Below are positions 1-11,975 of a DNA stretch of 64,000 bases, in pieces; position 1 is the first letter of the stretch; every line of letters begins with the position of its first letter. Where the stretch lies: positions 128,001-192,000 of the forward strand of contig BTUM01000003.1 in assembly GCA_045863235.1 (NCBI GenBank), written 5' to 3'. The translations under genes and the position numbers were made by a program. The notes beneath the pieces were generated by a model. That model saw nothing but the letters and a program-made list of their open reading frames with translations, had not been told where the DNA came from and searched no databases. The DNA is from Candidatus Xenobia bacterium. GTDB lineage: Bacteria; Vulcanimicrobiota; Xenobia; Xenobiales; QWHO01.

Positions 1-2
1 CG

Positions 3-263
3 GATTGCCGCGCCGCCCGCAAGCGGAGCGGCGGTGGCGACCGCGGTGGGTATTCCGACAGCCGCGGTGGCGGTGGTTACGGTGGCGGTGGAGCCCGCGA
101 AATGCACCCGGCCACCTGCGCCGAGTGTGGCAAGCAGACCGAGGTTCCCTTCGTTCCCACCGGCGCCCGCCCGGTTTACTGCCGCGACTGCTTCTCCCGT
201 CAGGGCGGCGGTGGCGGTGGGGGTGGCCGCCGTGGCGGCGGTGGCGGTCGCGACCGCTACTAA
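3..263 (+). CDS. CxxC-x17-CxxC zinc-ribbon protein, Gly/Arg-rich (5' end outside the window)
   Basis: Not in the ORF track. The frame from nt 3 reads DCRAARKRSGGG...REMHPATCAECGKQTEVPFVPTGARPVYCRDCFSRQGGG...RDRY and ends at TAA 261-263. Confidence 0.88.
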   Translation, partial: DCRAARKRSGGGDRGGYSDSRGGGGYGGGGAREMHPATCAECGKQTEVPFVPTGARPVYCRDCFSRQGGGGGGGGRRGGGGGRDRY

Positions 264-345
264 GAGAGGGAAGGCCTGAGGCGCCCTACGCGCCTATCAA
301 TCTGGACTGTAGGGTCTCATTCCCGGCCCAGAGAACAGACCCCCC

Positions 346-3141
346 ATGACGAGCGCGCTGCTCATCGGCCGCAGTTCCGATCTGGAAGTGCTGGCCGGCC
401 TCTGCCGCTCCGACCGGGGGGTCGGTTTGTTGTTGGTGGGCGCGAGCGAGATCGGCCGCAGCTCGGTCATGGGCGAGCTGGCCGAGCAACTGCGCTCGAG
501 CAGGAAAGTGCTCGAGCTCGGTCCCAACACCTGCGTGGGCGAGTTGCTCGAGGCTCTGGCCGTCAAGGCCGAGCACCCCACCCGGCCGGCCTCGCTGGCC
601 GGGGCTCTCCGGCGAGGTCTGGCCGGCAGCCAATGCGTCTTGCTGGTGGACGACTTCGAGCGGCTCGACTCGCTAACCCGGCGCACCCTCGAGCAACTGG
701 CCCGGCTCACGCCGCCGGCCGGGTCGAGCTGGATCATCTCCGTCACCCCGCCCGCGGCGGTGCGCTTTCCCCGTTGCGCGCGTCAGACTTTGCCGCCTCT
801 CTCCAACAGCGACATGTCCACCCTCATTCGCATGGAGCTCAAGGGCGAGCCCGGTGAAAGCCTGGAGGAGTGGCTGGTCGCCCGATCAGGCGGCTCTCCT
901 CGCCGCCTGCGGCTGCTGGCCCTGATCCTGGCCGTGACCGGGCTCCTCAAGAAGCGAGGGGGACAGTTGGAGGCCTCCCGCTTGCCCACCGACCCCATGG
1001 CCGACGTGCTGTCCGCCCTCGAGTCGCTGGACGAGGATGCTCGTCTGCTGCTCGAGCTGGGCTGTCTGGCGGACGAGCCCTTTTCCTTCGAGGTCCTGGT
1101 CCACGCCAGCGGCCTGAGCCGCGATCGCGCCGAGCGCGCGGCCAGGCTGCTCAGCGACGGCGGCTTGCTGGAAGGCTTCCGCATCGGGCCCACCGAGCTG
1201 CGCAAGCTGGTGTCCACCGGCCTGCCGGACCGGACCCGACGCCGTCATCACGGACGCCTGGCCGATGCCCTGGAGGCGCTTGCAGGCACCGCGGCCGAGC
1301 GCGGAAGGCAGCTGGCCCGAGCCGGCAAGAGCTCGGATGCCGCCTGGTTGCTGATGGAGGCGGGGCGGCAGGCTCACGACCGGGGGCTCCTGGAGGAGGC
1401 CCTGCAGCTGTGGGAGACGGCGGCGAGCTGCCTGCTGCTTGGCGACCCCATCCCGGGGGTGGCCCGGGCCGACACCCTGCTTGCGCTCGGCCGCGCCGAG
1501 GAAGCCGAACGAGCTCTGGCCCGCCTGAACGATTCGCCCGAGGTGCGCCGGGCCCAGATCGACGCCCTCATCGCCAGGGAAGAATGGGACGAGGCCGGGC
1601 GGCTCTGCGAGCAAGCCCTGGAGACCACCCCAACGAAGGGCGAGCTCGAGCTCCGGCTGGCCCGGGTGCTGACCCACCGAGGCGACCGCGAGGGGGCCAT
1701 CGCGGCGCTGGAGCGCGCCCTGCCCGAGGTGGGTCCGGAGGCTCGCCTGTCGCTGGGGCGCCTCTCGCTGGCCACAGGAGACGTGCGTCGGCTGCGCGCC
1801 AGCGTCCAACCCCTGCTCGAACATCCCGAGCTGCGCTTCGAGGCGCTGCTGCTGCTGGCCGAAGGTGAGCAGATGGGCGGGCGGGGCTCGGCCGGGCGTG
1901 AGCGCTTGCAGGAGGCGGCCGCGCTGGCGAACCAGGAGAAGGTGCCCGAGCGCGAGGCCAGGGTGCATCTCTTGCAGGCCGGCTCCCTGCGCGACGAGGG
2001 GGACCTCGTCTGGGCAGCCGAAGCCTGCGAGCAAGCCGTGACCCTGCTGCGGCCGGCGGGAGAGAGCCTGGTCCTGACCGAGGCCCTGGAGCAGCTCCTG
2101 CGTTTGCGGTTGGAGCAAAACAAGCCTTCCGAGGCCGAGACCGTTCTGCGCGAGCTGGTGGCCGTCAGCGACGTCCTGGACGAATCGGGGCCCCGGGCCC
2201 GGGCGCGCCTGCGGCTGGGGCGCCTTCAGATCGAAAACGGACGAGCTGCCGAGGCGGTGGACTCATTGAGCCAGGCGGCTGAGCTGGCCCGGGGAAGCGA
2301 GCAGGCCGAGATCCTGACTGTGCTGGCGACCGCCAAACGCCTCCAGGGAAACAGCCAGGAGGCCATTGCGGTGGCCGAGCAGGCCGTTACCCGGGCCCGC
2401 GAGGCGGCCTCCAGCGAGCTGCTGGCCGCCTCGCTGGTGACTGTGGGAGAGCTCTCGGTGGACGCCCAGCAGTGGAGCCGGGCCCGGGAAGCCCTCGAGG
2501 AAGCCCGAGGACTGCTCCCCGAGGACCCCGGGTTGTCGAAGGCTCTGGCACGCCTGCACGAGCAGGGGGCTCTGCACCAGGTGCCCGGGCTGAGCGCGGA
2601 GGAGGCCCGGCGGATCCGACGCACGACCCGCACGCGCGCGCAACTTCCCGTCAATCCTCGCAGGATTCTCCCCTGGCTGGGGGCTGCGGTGGCCCTGGCT
2701 CTCTTCATGCTCTGGCCGCGCCCGGGCATCGTGCAGGTGGAGTCCCACCCGCCCGGCGCAGCGGTGGTGGTAGACGGAAAGCGCCACCAGGCGCCCTGCA
2801 CGCTCAAGCTCTCGCCCGGCAGCCACGAAGTCAAGGTGGCCCTGCAGGGATACAAGTCCCATGTCGAGCGGGTGGAACTGAGCGCTGGTCAGAGCTTCAA
2901 GCTGGTGGCCCGGCTCGAGAGCGCCTCGGGCGCGGTCCGTTTCTCCACCCAACCCAAAGGGGCCAGGATCTACCTCGAGGGGCGCCTCAAGGGGGTCTCT
3001 CCGTTGGAGCTCAAGGGCCTGCCACCCAGGCGCTTCCAGGTCCTGGTGGTCAAACCTGGTTATCTCGATTACCTGGGAGCGGTGGACGTGGTCGCCGGCA
3101 AGACCCGCAACCTGTCGGTCAACCTGAAACAAGCGCGATGA
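346..3141 (+). CDS. STAND/AAA-like NTPase-TPR membrane protein with C-terminal PEGA domains
   Basis: Degenerate Walker A GASEIGRS, Walker B LLVDDFE, a SGGSP motif, a long TPR-like region, a TM helix ILPWLGAAVALALFMLW, and two PEGA repeats (VESHPPGAAVVVDG, FSTQPKGARIYLEG). Confidence 0.75.
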   Translation: MTSALLIGRSSDLEVLAGLCRSDRGVGLLLVGASEIGRSSVMGELAEQLRSSRKVLELGPNTCVGELLEALAVKAEHPTRPASLAGALRRGLAGSQCVLLVDDFERLDSLTRRTLEQLARLTPPAGSSWIISVTPPAAVRFPRCARQTLPPLSNSDMSTLIRMELKGEPGESLEEWLVARSGGSPRRLRLLALILAVTGLLKKRGGQLEASRLPTDPMADVLSALESLDEDARLLLELGCLADEPFSFEVLVHASGLSRDRAERAARLLSDGGLLEGFRIGPTELRKLVSTGLPDRTRRRHHGRLADALEALAGTAAERGRQLARAGKSSDAAWLLMEAGRQAHDRGLLEEALQLWETAASCLLLGDPIPGVARADTLLALGRAEEAERALARLNDSPEVRRAQIDALIAREEWDEAGRLCEQALETTPTKGELELRLARVLTHRGDREGAIAALERALPEVGPEARLSLGRLSLATGDVRRLRASVQPLLEHPELRFEALLLLAEGEQMGGRGSAGRERLQEAAALANQEKVPEREARVHLLQAGSLRDEGDLVWAAEACEQAVTLLRPAGESLVLTEALEQLLRLRLEQNKPSEAETVLRELVAVSDVLDESGPRARARLRLGRLQIENGRAAEAVDSLSQAAELARGSEQAEILTVLATAKRLQGNSQEAIAVAEQAVTRAREAASSELLAASLVTVGELSVDAQQWSRAREALEEARGLLPEDPGLSKALARLHEQGALHQVPGLSAEEARRIRRTTRTRAQLPVNPRRILPWLGAAVALALFMLWPRPGIVQVESHPPGAAVVVDGKRHQAPCTLKLSPGSHEVKVALQGYKSHVERVELSAGQSFKLVARLESASGAVRFSTQPKGARIYLEGRLKGVSPLELKGLPPRRFQVLVVKPGYLDYLGAVDVVAGKTRNLSVNLKQAR

Positions 3142-3188
3142 GGACGCGTGCGGAAACTCTCCCATCCCTGGCCGGTTTCACCTCCATC

Positions 3189-4151
3189 ATGAAGCTCCGC
3201 GCTCTGCTCGTGATCGTGCTCGCCCTGGCGGTGGCCCGGGCGGCACCGCCCTACGACCCGCTCCGGCTCCCGGCCGGCGAGACGACCACCCTCGAGCTCG
3301 AAGTGGCCGGAGAGCGCGAGCTGCCCCTGTTGATCTACCTGCCTTTCGATCGCTCACCGGCCCCGGTGGTGCTGTTCAGTCACGGTCTGGGAGGCTCGCG
3401 ATATGGCAGCAGCTTCCTGGGCAAGCACTGGTCCGGACGAGGCTACGTGGTGGTCTATCTCCAGCATCCCGGCAGCGATGACTCGGTCTGGAAGGAGCAG
3501 CAGAGGGGTCGACGTCTGGCGGCCATGAAGAGCGCAGCCAGCGCCGAGAACCTGCGCCTGCGGATCGCGGACGTGCCGCGCGTGCTCGATCAGCTCACCG
3601 CCTGGAGCCAGGAGCCCGGCCACCCACTATCCGGTCGGCTGGACCTGACTCGGATCGGCATGTCCGGCCACTCCTTTGGAGCCCTCACCACCCAGGCCGT
3701 GGGCGGACAGAGCTTTCCCCTGCTGGGAGCGAGGGGGACGGACAGCCGCATCCGGGCCGCCCTGCCGATGAGCCCGAGCGCCCCCCGAGCCGGCGATGTC
3801 CAGAAGGCCTTCGGACAGGTCGCGATCCCCTGGATGCTGATGACCGGAACCGAGGACACCTCGCGCATCGTCAACCTCACCGTCGAAGAGCGGCTGGCCG
3901 TCTACCCTGCCCTGCCGCCGGGCGGGAAGTACGAGCTGGTGCTGAACCGGGCGAAGCACTCAGCCTTCACCAACCGTCCTCTGCCAGGCGACGGCGGAGG
4001 GCGCAATCCCAACCACCACCGCTCCATTCTGGCCCTGAGCACGGCCTTCTGGGACGCCTACCTCAAGGAAGATCCAGCCGCTCGCGAGTGGCTGGACGGG
4101 GCGGGTCCGCGGGATGTGCTCGATCCCGAGGACCGCTGGCAGCACAAGTAA
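3189..4151 (+). CDS. Secreted alpha/beta hydrolase (dienelactone hydrolase / PAF-acetylhydrolase-like)
   Basis: Signal peptide MKLRALLVIVLALAVARA, FSHGLGG, nucleophile motif GHSFG, downstream Asp (GTED) and His (AKHSAF). Alternative ATG at 3138. Confidence 0.85.
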   Translation: MKLRALLVIVLALAVARAAPPYDPLRLPAGETTTLELEVAGERELPLLIYLPFDRSPAPVVLFSHGLGGSRYGSSFLGKHWSGRGYVVVYLQHPGSDDSVWKEQQRGRRLAAMKSAASAENLRLRIADVPRVLDQLTAWSQEPGHPLSGRLDLTRIGMSGHSFGALTTQAVGGQSFPLLGARGTDSRIRAALPMSPSAPRAGDVQKAFGQVAIPWMLMTGTEDTSRIVNLTVEERLAVYPALPPGGKYELVLNRAKHSAFTNRPLPGDGGGRNPNHHRSILALSTAFWDAYLKEDPAAREWLDGAGPRDVLDPEDRWQHK

Positions 4152-4182
4152 TGCCCTTCCAAATTCTTTGAGGGTCAGCCCC

Positions 4183-4188
4183 TACCAT
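4183..4188 (+). promoter_or_regulatory. -10 element, leaderless start
   Basis: TACCAT lies 6 nt before ATG 4195, with no SD. Confidence 0.5.
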
Positions 4189-4194
4189 TCCCCC

Positions 4195-5964
4195 ATGGTG
4201 GTGCACTCCTCGACCTGTGCCCTCTTCGTCCGGCCCACCCGGGCGACGGCGCCGCCTGAGCGCGATCCTGTGAGTGAAGCCCTGGCTGAGGTGGATGCCT
4301 CGGCGCGCAACGAGAAGCTCCTCAAACTGTGCTCTGAAGCCCGCACCAACCCTGATCTCTCGGCATGCCTGGGACGCCGTCAAGCCGAGCTGTGGAGCCT
4401 TCCCCTCAGCAGCGACTACGCTTGCATCGACCTGGTGGAACGTCTGGCCCCGCACTGTCCTCCTCCCGAGAGCCTGGACTGGCTCTTCCAGAAATATGGT
4501 CAACGGTTAGCGGTGGAGGGCCCGAGTATCGGAGCAGCCCGCCGCTCCCTGGAGCAAATCCTGACCAATCGCCCCGACTTCGTGGACGAAGCCGCTGCCC
4601 GGCTCCTCGAGCCCTCGCCGGAAACAGGCTTCACGCCCGCCCAGCTGGTCTGTCTGAAGGACCTGGTCAGCGATCGCGGCTGGCGACCGGACGTCGAGCA
4701 GAAGGGCAGGCTACTGGAGCGCCTGGACACCGTCGACCTTCTGGGCAGAGAAGGCCAGGATCTTCTCAAGGTGCTGGTGGAGCTGAAAAAGGCTTGCCCT
4801 GAAGAGGTCCCGCCCGGTCTGGGTCGCGAGCTGCTCGAGAGGCTTCTGGCTGAGCCCGAACCGCCTCTTTACACCGTGGCAGGCGGCCCAAATGTGGGCT
4901 TCCTGTCTCAGCCCATCTACCAGATGGCCTTCCCGGACGAGAAGCTGGAGGGCGAGTTGCTGTCGCAGGTGGGTCAGGGAAGCCAGAATGCTCTGCTCGT
5001 GCTGGCGGGCTCGATGACTCTGACCGGAGGAGCCGCACGACTGGGCCGCCAGCTCGAGGCCGAGTTCGGACGAGCCCACGAGCCCGCCTGGATGGACCAG
5101 GTCTTGCTGCACGTGTTGGACCATTGGCTCGAGCAGCCCTGTGCTACCGCAGACGACGCTCTCGAGCCCCACCTGGCGCTGGGCAGGCGCTATGAGGCGC
5201 TGGCTGCCCGCGAGGAGCCCCTCTCGCCCCGCTGCAAACCCGCCCCGGTGAGCGTGGCGCCCGAGTGGCTGGCCGGGATGTCCGACTCGATGGACACGGT
5301 GGAGTCGCAGGCCCGGCTGGTGGTCGCCTTCCGGGCCGCCGGGCAAGATCCGGCACTGGCCGGAGCGCTGCTCGGCGAGCTGACCGAGTGGCTCAACCAG
5401 AATCGGTCTCCTGCCTGGACGGAAGCAGCCGCGGCCTTCCGCGGCCTCAAGGACCTCCAGGTGCGAGAGCAACTGCGCCAGGCGACCGACCTGCGCGAGC
5501 TGCTGACCGCCTTCAGCCCGGACGCCACCTGGATGAATGCGGCCCAGGAGCGCTACCCGGCCGAATTGGCCCATCTCAAGCCCCTGCTCAAGGGATTGTC
5601 CCAAGAAGAGCAAGTTGCTCTCGCCCACTCTCTGGCCCACCGCAAGGAGCTGGAAGGCGACCTCGGATGCCTGGCCAGCCTGGCCAATCTGCCAGCCTCC
5701 GAGCGCCCGGAGGCCATCGCGCAGGTCCTGCGCGCACCCGCCTTCTTCACGCGGCTCGACCAGATCGCTCCTCTGCGCGTCAGCTTGCCGGCCCACCAGG
5801 AGCTGTGCCGCCGGATCGAAAGCGGGATGGAGCCCGAGGTCGCCTATCAGCAGGTGGCCGCTCCCCTGCTGCTGGACTGCGTGGCAGGCGACTGCTGCAA
5901 GGCGGTGGGAACGGTGGACGGCTACCTGGTGGTCGGGGGCTCGCGGCTGCGCAACCGCTGCTGA
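4195..5964 (+). CDS. Hypothetical alpha-helical protein with C-terminal VGGSRLRNR module
   Basis: Long ORF with GC-ending codons. The C-terminus resembles that of 10089..11825. Confidence 0.75.
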   Translation: MVVHSSTCALFVRPTRATAPPERDPVSEALAEVDASARNEKLLKLCSEARTNPDLSACLGRRQAELWSLPLSSDYACIDLVERLAPHCPPPESLDWLFQKYGQRLAVEGPSIGAARRSLEQILTNRPDFVDEAAARLLEPSPETGFTPAQLVCLKDLVSDRGWRPDVEQKGRLLERLDTVDLLGREGQDLLKVLVELKKACPEEVPPGLGRELLERLLAEPEPPLYTVAGGPNVGFLSQPIYQMAFPDEKLEGELLSQVGQGSQNALLVLAGSMTLTGGAARLGRQLEAEFGRAHEPAWMDQVLLHVLDHWLEQPCATADDALEPHLALGRRYEALAAREEPLSPRCKPAPVSVAPEWLAGMSDSMDTVESQARLVVAFRAAGQDPALAGALLGELTEWLNQNRSPAWTEAAAAFRGLKDLQVREQLRQATDLRELLTAFSPDATWMNAAQERYPAELAHLKPLLKGLSQEEQVALAHSLAHRKELEGDLGCLASLANLPASERPEAIAQVLRAPAFFTRLDQIAPLRVSLPAHQELCRRIESGMEPEVAYQQVAAPLLLDCVAGDCCKAVGTVDGYLVVGGSRLRNRC

Positions 5965-6007
5965 ACGCTTTTCGACGCCAGACAGGGAACCTGACCCCCC
6001 GAGGGAG

Positions 6008-6013
6008 TATAAT
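6008..6013 (+). promoter_or_regulatory. -10 element of katG
   Basis: Perfect TATAAT about 100 nt upstream of the katG ATG. Confidence 0.55.
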
Positions 6014-6106
6014 AGGCCCTCACGACGCTCTCAAGTAGGCATCCCCAGCTGAGTCTGGAGTGCCTGCCAGTCGTGGGGGGCACAAAATCTGACTTAGGGA
6101 AGTTGA

Positions 6107-8296
<2,190 letters not shown>

Positions 8297-8325
8297 AGGC
8301 CCAGCCCCACCAGAGGTTGGGCGTC

Positions 8326-8370
8326 GCGCAGCCGGAAAACCCGTGTCAAGGGGGTTCCGGCTGCGCTTTC
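8326..8370 (+). terminator. Intrinsic terminator after katG
   Basis: Stem GCGCAGCCGGAA / TTCCGGCTGCGC followed by TTTC. Confidence 0.65.
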
Positions 8371-8521
8371 ATCTGGCAGAGTCAGCAAAGCACGCTTCGA
8401 GCGGGCCGGCGAGGTCTTGCTGGGGAAATGCGGGTGGTGAGCGTTTCCTCTCTCCGCGCGCCGTAGCTTGCCGCGCAGAACTTGTTCTGAGCTGCCCGCC
8501 CGAGGGCATTTTAGCAGCCGA

Positions 8522-10048
8522 TCAGGAGCGACGGCGCGCGTCCAGGAAGTGCCATTCGGAAGACTCACCAAACTGGAGCCGGTCCCCATGGCGCAGGCGC
8601 GTCTCGGACTCGACCACGATCCCGTTGACCAGAGTCAGGCCGCCGCCCAGTTTGCGCACGCAGTAGTTTCCCTCCGAGCGCACCACCAGGCAATGGCGCC
8701 GAGACACGGTCTCGTCGGCAAGCACCAGGTCGCAGTCAGGAGCCCGCCCGACCAGAGTCTGAGAGCGGTCGAGAGAAAACCGCTGGTCCCCGCCCGCGAG
8801 CTCGAGCCAGTAGCGGCTGGCAGCCGGAAGCGGGGTGGGCGCAGGAGGAGTAGCGGCTGAACGCGAGCGGCGTTCGCAAACTTCGAACCGCATCAGGGTC
8901 TGTCCCACCTCCACCAGCTCCCCGCCCTCCAGAGCCAGCTTGCCCACGACGGGCAGTCCGTTGACCAGCACCCCACCGCTCAGCAACAAACGGCCCTCCT
9001 GTCCTTCGAGCCAGAAGCAACGGCAGGGGATCGAGCTGTCATCCAGATCGATGTCGTTGTCGTGAGGTCCCGGTCCCCCTACTGCCAGTGGGCGACCGGC
9101 CGAGAGCAGGGCCGCGAACAAGGGCACGGTCTTGCCCGCCTCGGGCCCCTCCAGGAAGTGCAGAAGGTAGGCGGGGCGAACCTGGGCCGAGCGGGTTCGA
9201 GACTGGTCCAGCCGGCTGGGGCGAAGATCCCGAAGAGCAAGCCGCGGATTGCCCAGGAGCCAGAAGGCCAGATCGGTGCGCCAGGAATCGCGAAACTTTT
9301 CCCGAGAACCGCCCACGGCCTCACCCAGCTCGGCGCCCTCGCGCATCTGGGCCAGGATGTCGCTCACGAAAGCCGCGCAGCACTCCCAGGGCACCTCCCA
9401 CTGGGAAGCGAGGATGGCATCGACGCCGAGATTGGACAGCCCCCGGGTCAATGCTTCCGAGCCGGGCCCGTGCAAGACCACCAGCCGGGGCACGTAGTGT
9501 CTTCCCACCGAGCGAAAGGGCTCAAAGCTGCCCGAGGCCAGGACCACGGCATACTCCTCTGAGGAGAGCACGGAGCGGAACGCGGCGGCCGGGTGCCTGG
9601 AAACCTGAAAGTGGGCGTCCAGGCCGGCCGGAGCCGGGTCGGCGCTATCGGCCACCAGGGCCGCCAGGGCGGCCCCCTCGACTCGCGGCACGACCTCTTC
9701 CCCGGCCCGCCGCACCCTTCGCGCCGTCGAGCGACGGTAAGCCAGGGGAACCCCCGCGATGCGGGCCAGCTCCCAGGGCGTCTCTCCAGCCAGCCAGCAG
9801 TTCACCGGCTCCTTACATAGCACCTGAGTGAGATTGGCGGGAAAGCAGTTCCCCAGCGAGTCGCCCAGTCGGTCCAGAGCCTCGGAGAATCCGCCGGCAG
9901 CCTGCTGAAGGGCGACCAGCGACTCCTTCTGGCTGCGCATCTCGACCGGCAGACGCCGGGCTTCAAAATGGCTCTCCTGGCCGTCGCGAAGGAGGCGCCA
10001 ACGAATCGAATCGGGCAGGGGCTCCTCGAAGAACAGGTCGAGGCTCAT
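8522..10048 (-). CDS. Degenerate CHAT (caspase-like) domain plus two FHA domains
   Basis: CHAT-like PWELA, AILASQWEV and FWLLGNP. C-terminal FHA VGRAPDCDLVLADETVSRRHC...TLVNG, preceded by a more degenerate FHA. Confidence 0.75.
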   Translation of the reverse strand: MSLDLFFEEPLPDSIRWRLLRDGQESHFEARRLPVEMRSQKESLVALQQAAGGFSEALDRLGDSLGNCFPANLTQVLCKEPVNCWLAGETPWELARIAGVPLAYRRSTARRVRRAGEEVVPRVEGAALAALVADSADPAPAGLDAHFQVSRHPAAAFRSVLSSEEYAVVLASGSFEPFRSVGRHYVPRLVVLHGPGSEALTRGLSNLGVDAILASQWEVPWECCAAFVSDILAQMREGAELGEAVGGSREKFRDSWRTDLAFWLLGNPRLALRDLRPSRLDQSRTRSAQVRPAYLLHFLEGPEAGKTVPLFAALLSAGRPLAVGGPGPHDNDIDLDDSSIPCRCFWLEGQEGRLLLSGGVLVNGLPVVGKLALEGGELVEVGQTLMRFEVCERRSRSAATPPAPTPLPAASRYWLELAGGDQRFSLDRSQTLVGRAPDCDLVLADETVSRRHCLVVRSEGNYCVRKLGGGLTLVNGIVVESETRLRHGDRLQFGESSEWHFLDARRRS

Positions 10049-10088
10049 CGCGAGCAACTTTGCTGGAGTCTCCGGGGAACCCTCCAGG

Positions 10089-11825
10089 TCAGCCCTTGCG
10101 CTTGAGGCGCACCGAGCCCACCTGCACTCCCCGGGGGGTCAGCTCCACGCGCTGGGCCGGGTCACTCCTGCCGGGCACCAGGTAGTCGAAGGTGGCCCGC
10201 TGGCGGGCCTGATCGGCCGGCACGCCCTGCTCGATCAGACGCTCCACTTCGGTGCAGGCGCGCAGGATGGCCTCATGTTCGGCCTCCCCGCCCAGGCGGG
10301 CGCTGAACTCGCGGAACTGGTCGCCGCCATAATAGGCGGCGTATCGCCTGGCAGGGTCGGCGGAGTAGTGCGCGGCCCAATTGTCATCGGGCAAGCGCTG
10401 GCTCCACAGCTCGTGCGCATCAGGCACCTGACAGGCCAGCAGGCGCTCCACCAGCGGTCGGGCCTGCTCGACAGGCGTGCCAGCGAGCTGCTCTTTCAGC
10501 TGGGCTATCTCCTGGCGGCGAGCCTCGGAGGTGAGAGCCTGGACGGGCCCGCTCAAGGCGTGCGCCAGGTAAGGCTGGAGGGCCTGCGTGACGCCGGTCG
10601 AGCCCAGCATGTGAGCAAGCCAGAGAGCCTCCTGGGCCGAGCGAGGCAGGTCGGAGAGGTCGGCCTTGCTGGTCCGGGCCGCCTGGACGAACTCCTCGAG
10701 CAGCTCGCTCGCCTGCTGAGCCTTCTCCTCGGGGGTGAGCTGGGGGCCCAGACGCTCGAGCACGGGACGGGTCTGGAACTCCAGGCTACTGGGGATGACC
10801 CGGTGCACCACGCTGCGCAGATACTCTCGGGCCGCCTGGATCTTCCCGGTCACGTCTGGAGCGTCGCCCATGCGGCGCATCTGGGCGTTCTGGTGCTCGC
10901 TGCGGAACGTGTCCACCAGGCTGTCCAGGGCGGCGTTGTCGTGGCGCCTCTCCAGCTCTTGCATGGCGATGGGGCGAATCAGCTCGCGGTGGCGGCTCAC
11001 CGAGCCCAGCGCCACCAGGGCCCGCTGGTCGGCCGGCGAGAGTTTCTGGATGTCGCCCTGGTAGTTGCTCTGGAGCCTTTCAGCCAGACTTTGCGAGAAC
11101 TCCTGATCGAGCAGGGCGGCATAAGCCTGGCTGGTCACCCCCACGGCCATCACGTCCCCGGCGTACAGTCGGCGCAACTCGGGCTCGAGCAGAAGGCGGT
11201 CGAACAGGTTCTGGCGCAGGCCGTCCAGCCCGTTGGGGATCCGCCCCAGCGCCTCCAGGCCCTGCCAGAACTCGGGCCCCGGCTTGCCGGGCTGAAGCAG
11301 CCGGGCGGCCAGCCAGGGACGATGTCGGGGGGCGGCGGTCTGGCTGAGCACGCGCCAGTCCTCCAGGCTCTGATTGTGGTTCCGCGACAGGATGCAATCG
11401 GCCACGCGCTCGCCCCACTCGGGATGCTGCTCGAGCTGCTCGAGCACCACCCGGGCGCCGCCCTCGTTGGGAAGCACCTCCAGGACCAGCAACTCGGGGC
11501 TGACCGTTTCGGGAAAGCGCTCCAGCAGGGAGCGGTAGAACTCCGCCTGGCCCTCGCGCGCTCCGTGACGGCTGGTGGTGCTCAACAGCGCCTCTTTGTG
11601 AGGGGCGAAGTGCCGGCTCACCTGGGGCCTCTGGCTGGCCAGGATGGCACTCAGCGCCTGAAAGGCCCGGCGGTCACCCGCCTGGTTGGTCAACTCGAAG
11701 GCCACCTGATCGGCCAGGCCCTGGTCAGTCCAGGTCAGCCGGTCAAACGTCTCAGCCGCCTGCTCGCGCTTGAGCGAGCGGCACAGAAACCTGGCCCGAG
11801 GACTGCTGAGCTGCACGGAGTCCAT
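10089..11825 (-). CDS. Hypothetical alpha-helical protein with C-terminal VGSVRLKRK module
   Basis: Long ORF, probable start MDSVQLSS. The C-terminus resembles that of 4195..5964. Confidence 0.75.
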   Translation of the reverse strand: MDSVQLSSPRARFLCRSLKREQAAETFDRLTWTDQGLADQVAFELTNQAGDRRAFQALSAILASQRPQVSRHFAPHKEALLSTTSRHGAREGQAEFYRSLLERFPETVSPELLVLEVLPNEGGARVVLEQLEQHPEWGERVADCILSRNHNQSLEDWRVLSQTAAPRHRPWLAARLLQPGKPGPEFWQGLEALGRIPNGLDGLRQNLFDRLLLEPELRRLYAGDVMAVGVTSQAYAALLDQEFSQSLAERLQSNYQGDIQKLSPADQRALVALGSVSRHRELIRPIAMQELERRHDNAALDSLVDTFRSEHQNAQMRRMGDAPDVTGKIQAAREYLRSVVHRVIPSSLEFQTRPVLERLGPQLTPEEKAQQASELLEEFVQAARTSKADLSDLPRSAQEALWLAHMLGSTGVTQALQPYLAHALSGPVQALTSEARRQEIAQLKEQLAGTPVEQARPLVERLLACQVPDAHELWSQRLPDDNWAAHYSADPARRYAAYYGGDQFREFSARLGGEAEHEAILRACTEVERLIEQGVPADQARQRATFDYLVPGRSDPAQRVELTPRGVQVGSVRLKRKG

Positions 11826-11975
11826 AGCTTCCCGCAGCGTACTCGGACGCGATGAAAGGGGGTTGAAAGGCTCTCCGGGACACGTCGGGTGCACCTGGGC
11901 ACACCGAGCACCAGTTCTGCCCACGCGGGATGCAGGGATTGCCGGCACAAGGGCACCTCACTCGGGCCCCAGACG

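Noticed and set aside
5..349. ORF-track proteins 5..349 and 34..279
   Set aside because: They are shadow frames. The real gene is the CxxC-x17-CxxC protein in the frame starting at nt 3.
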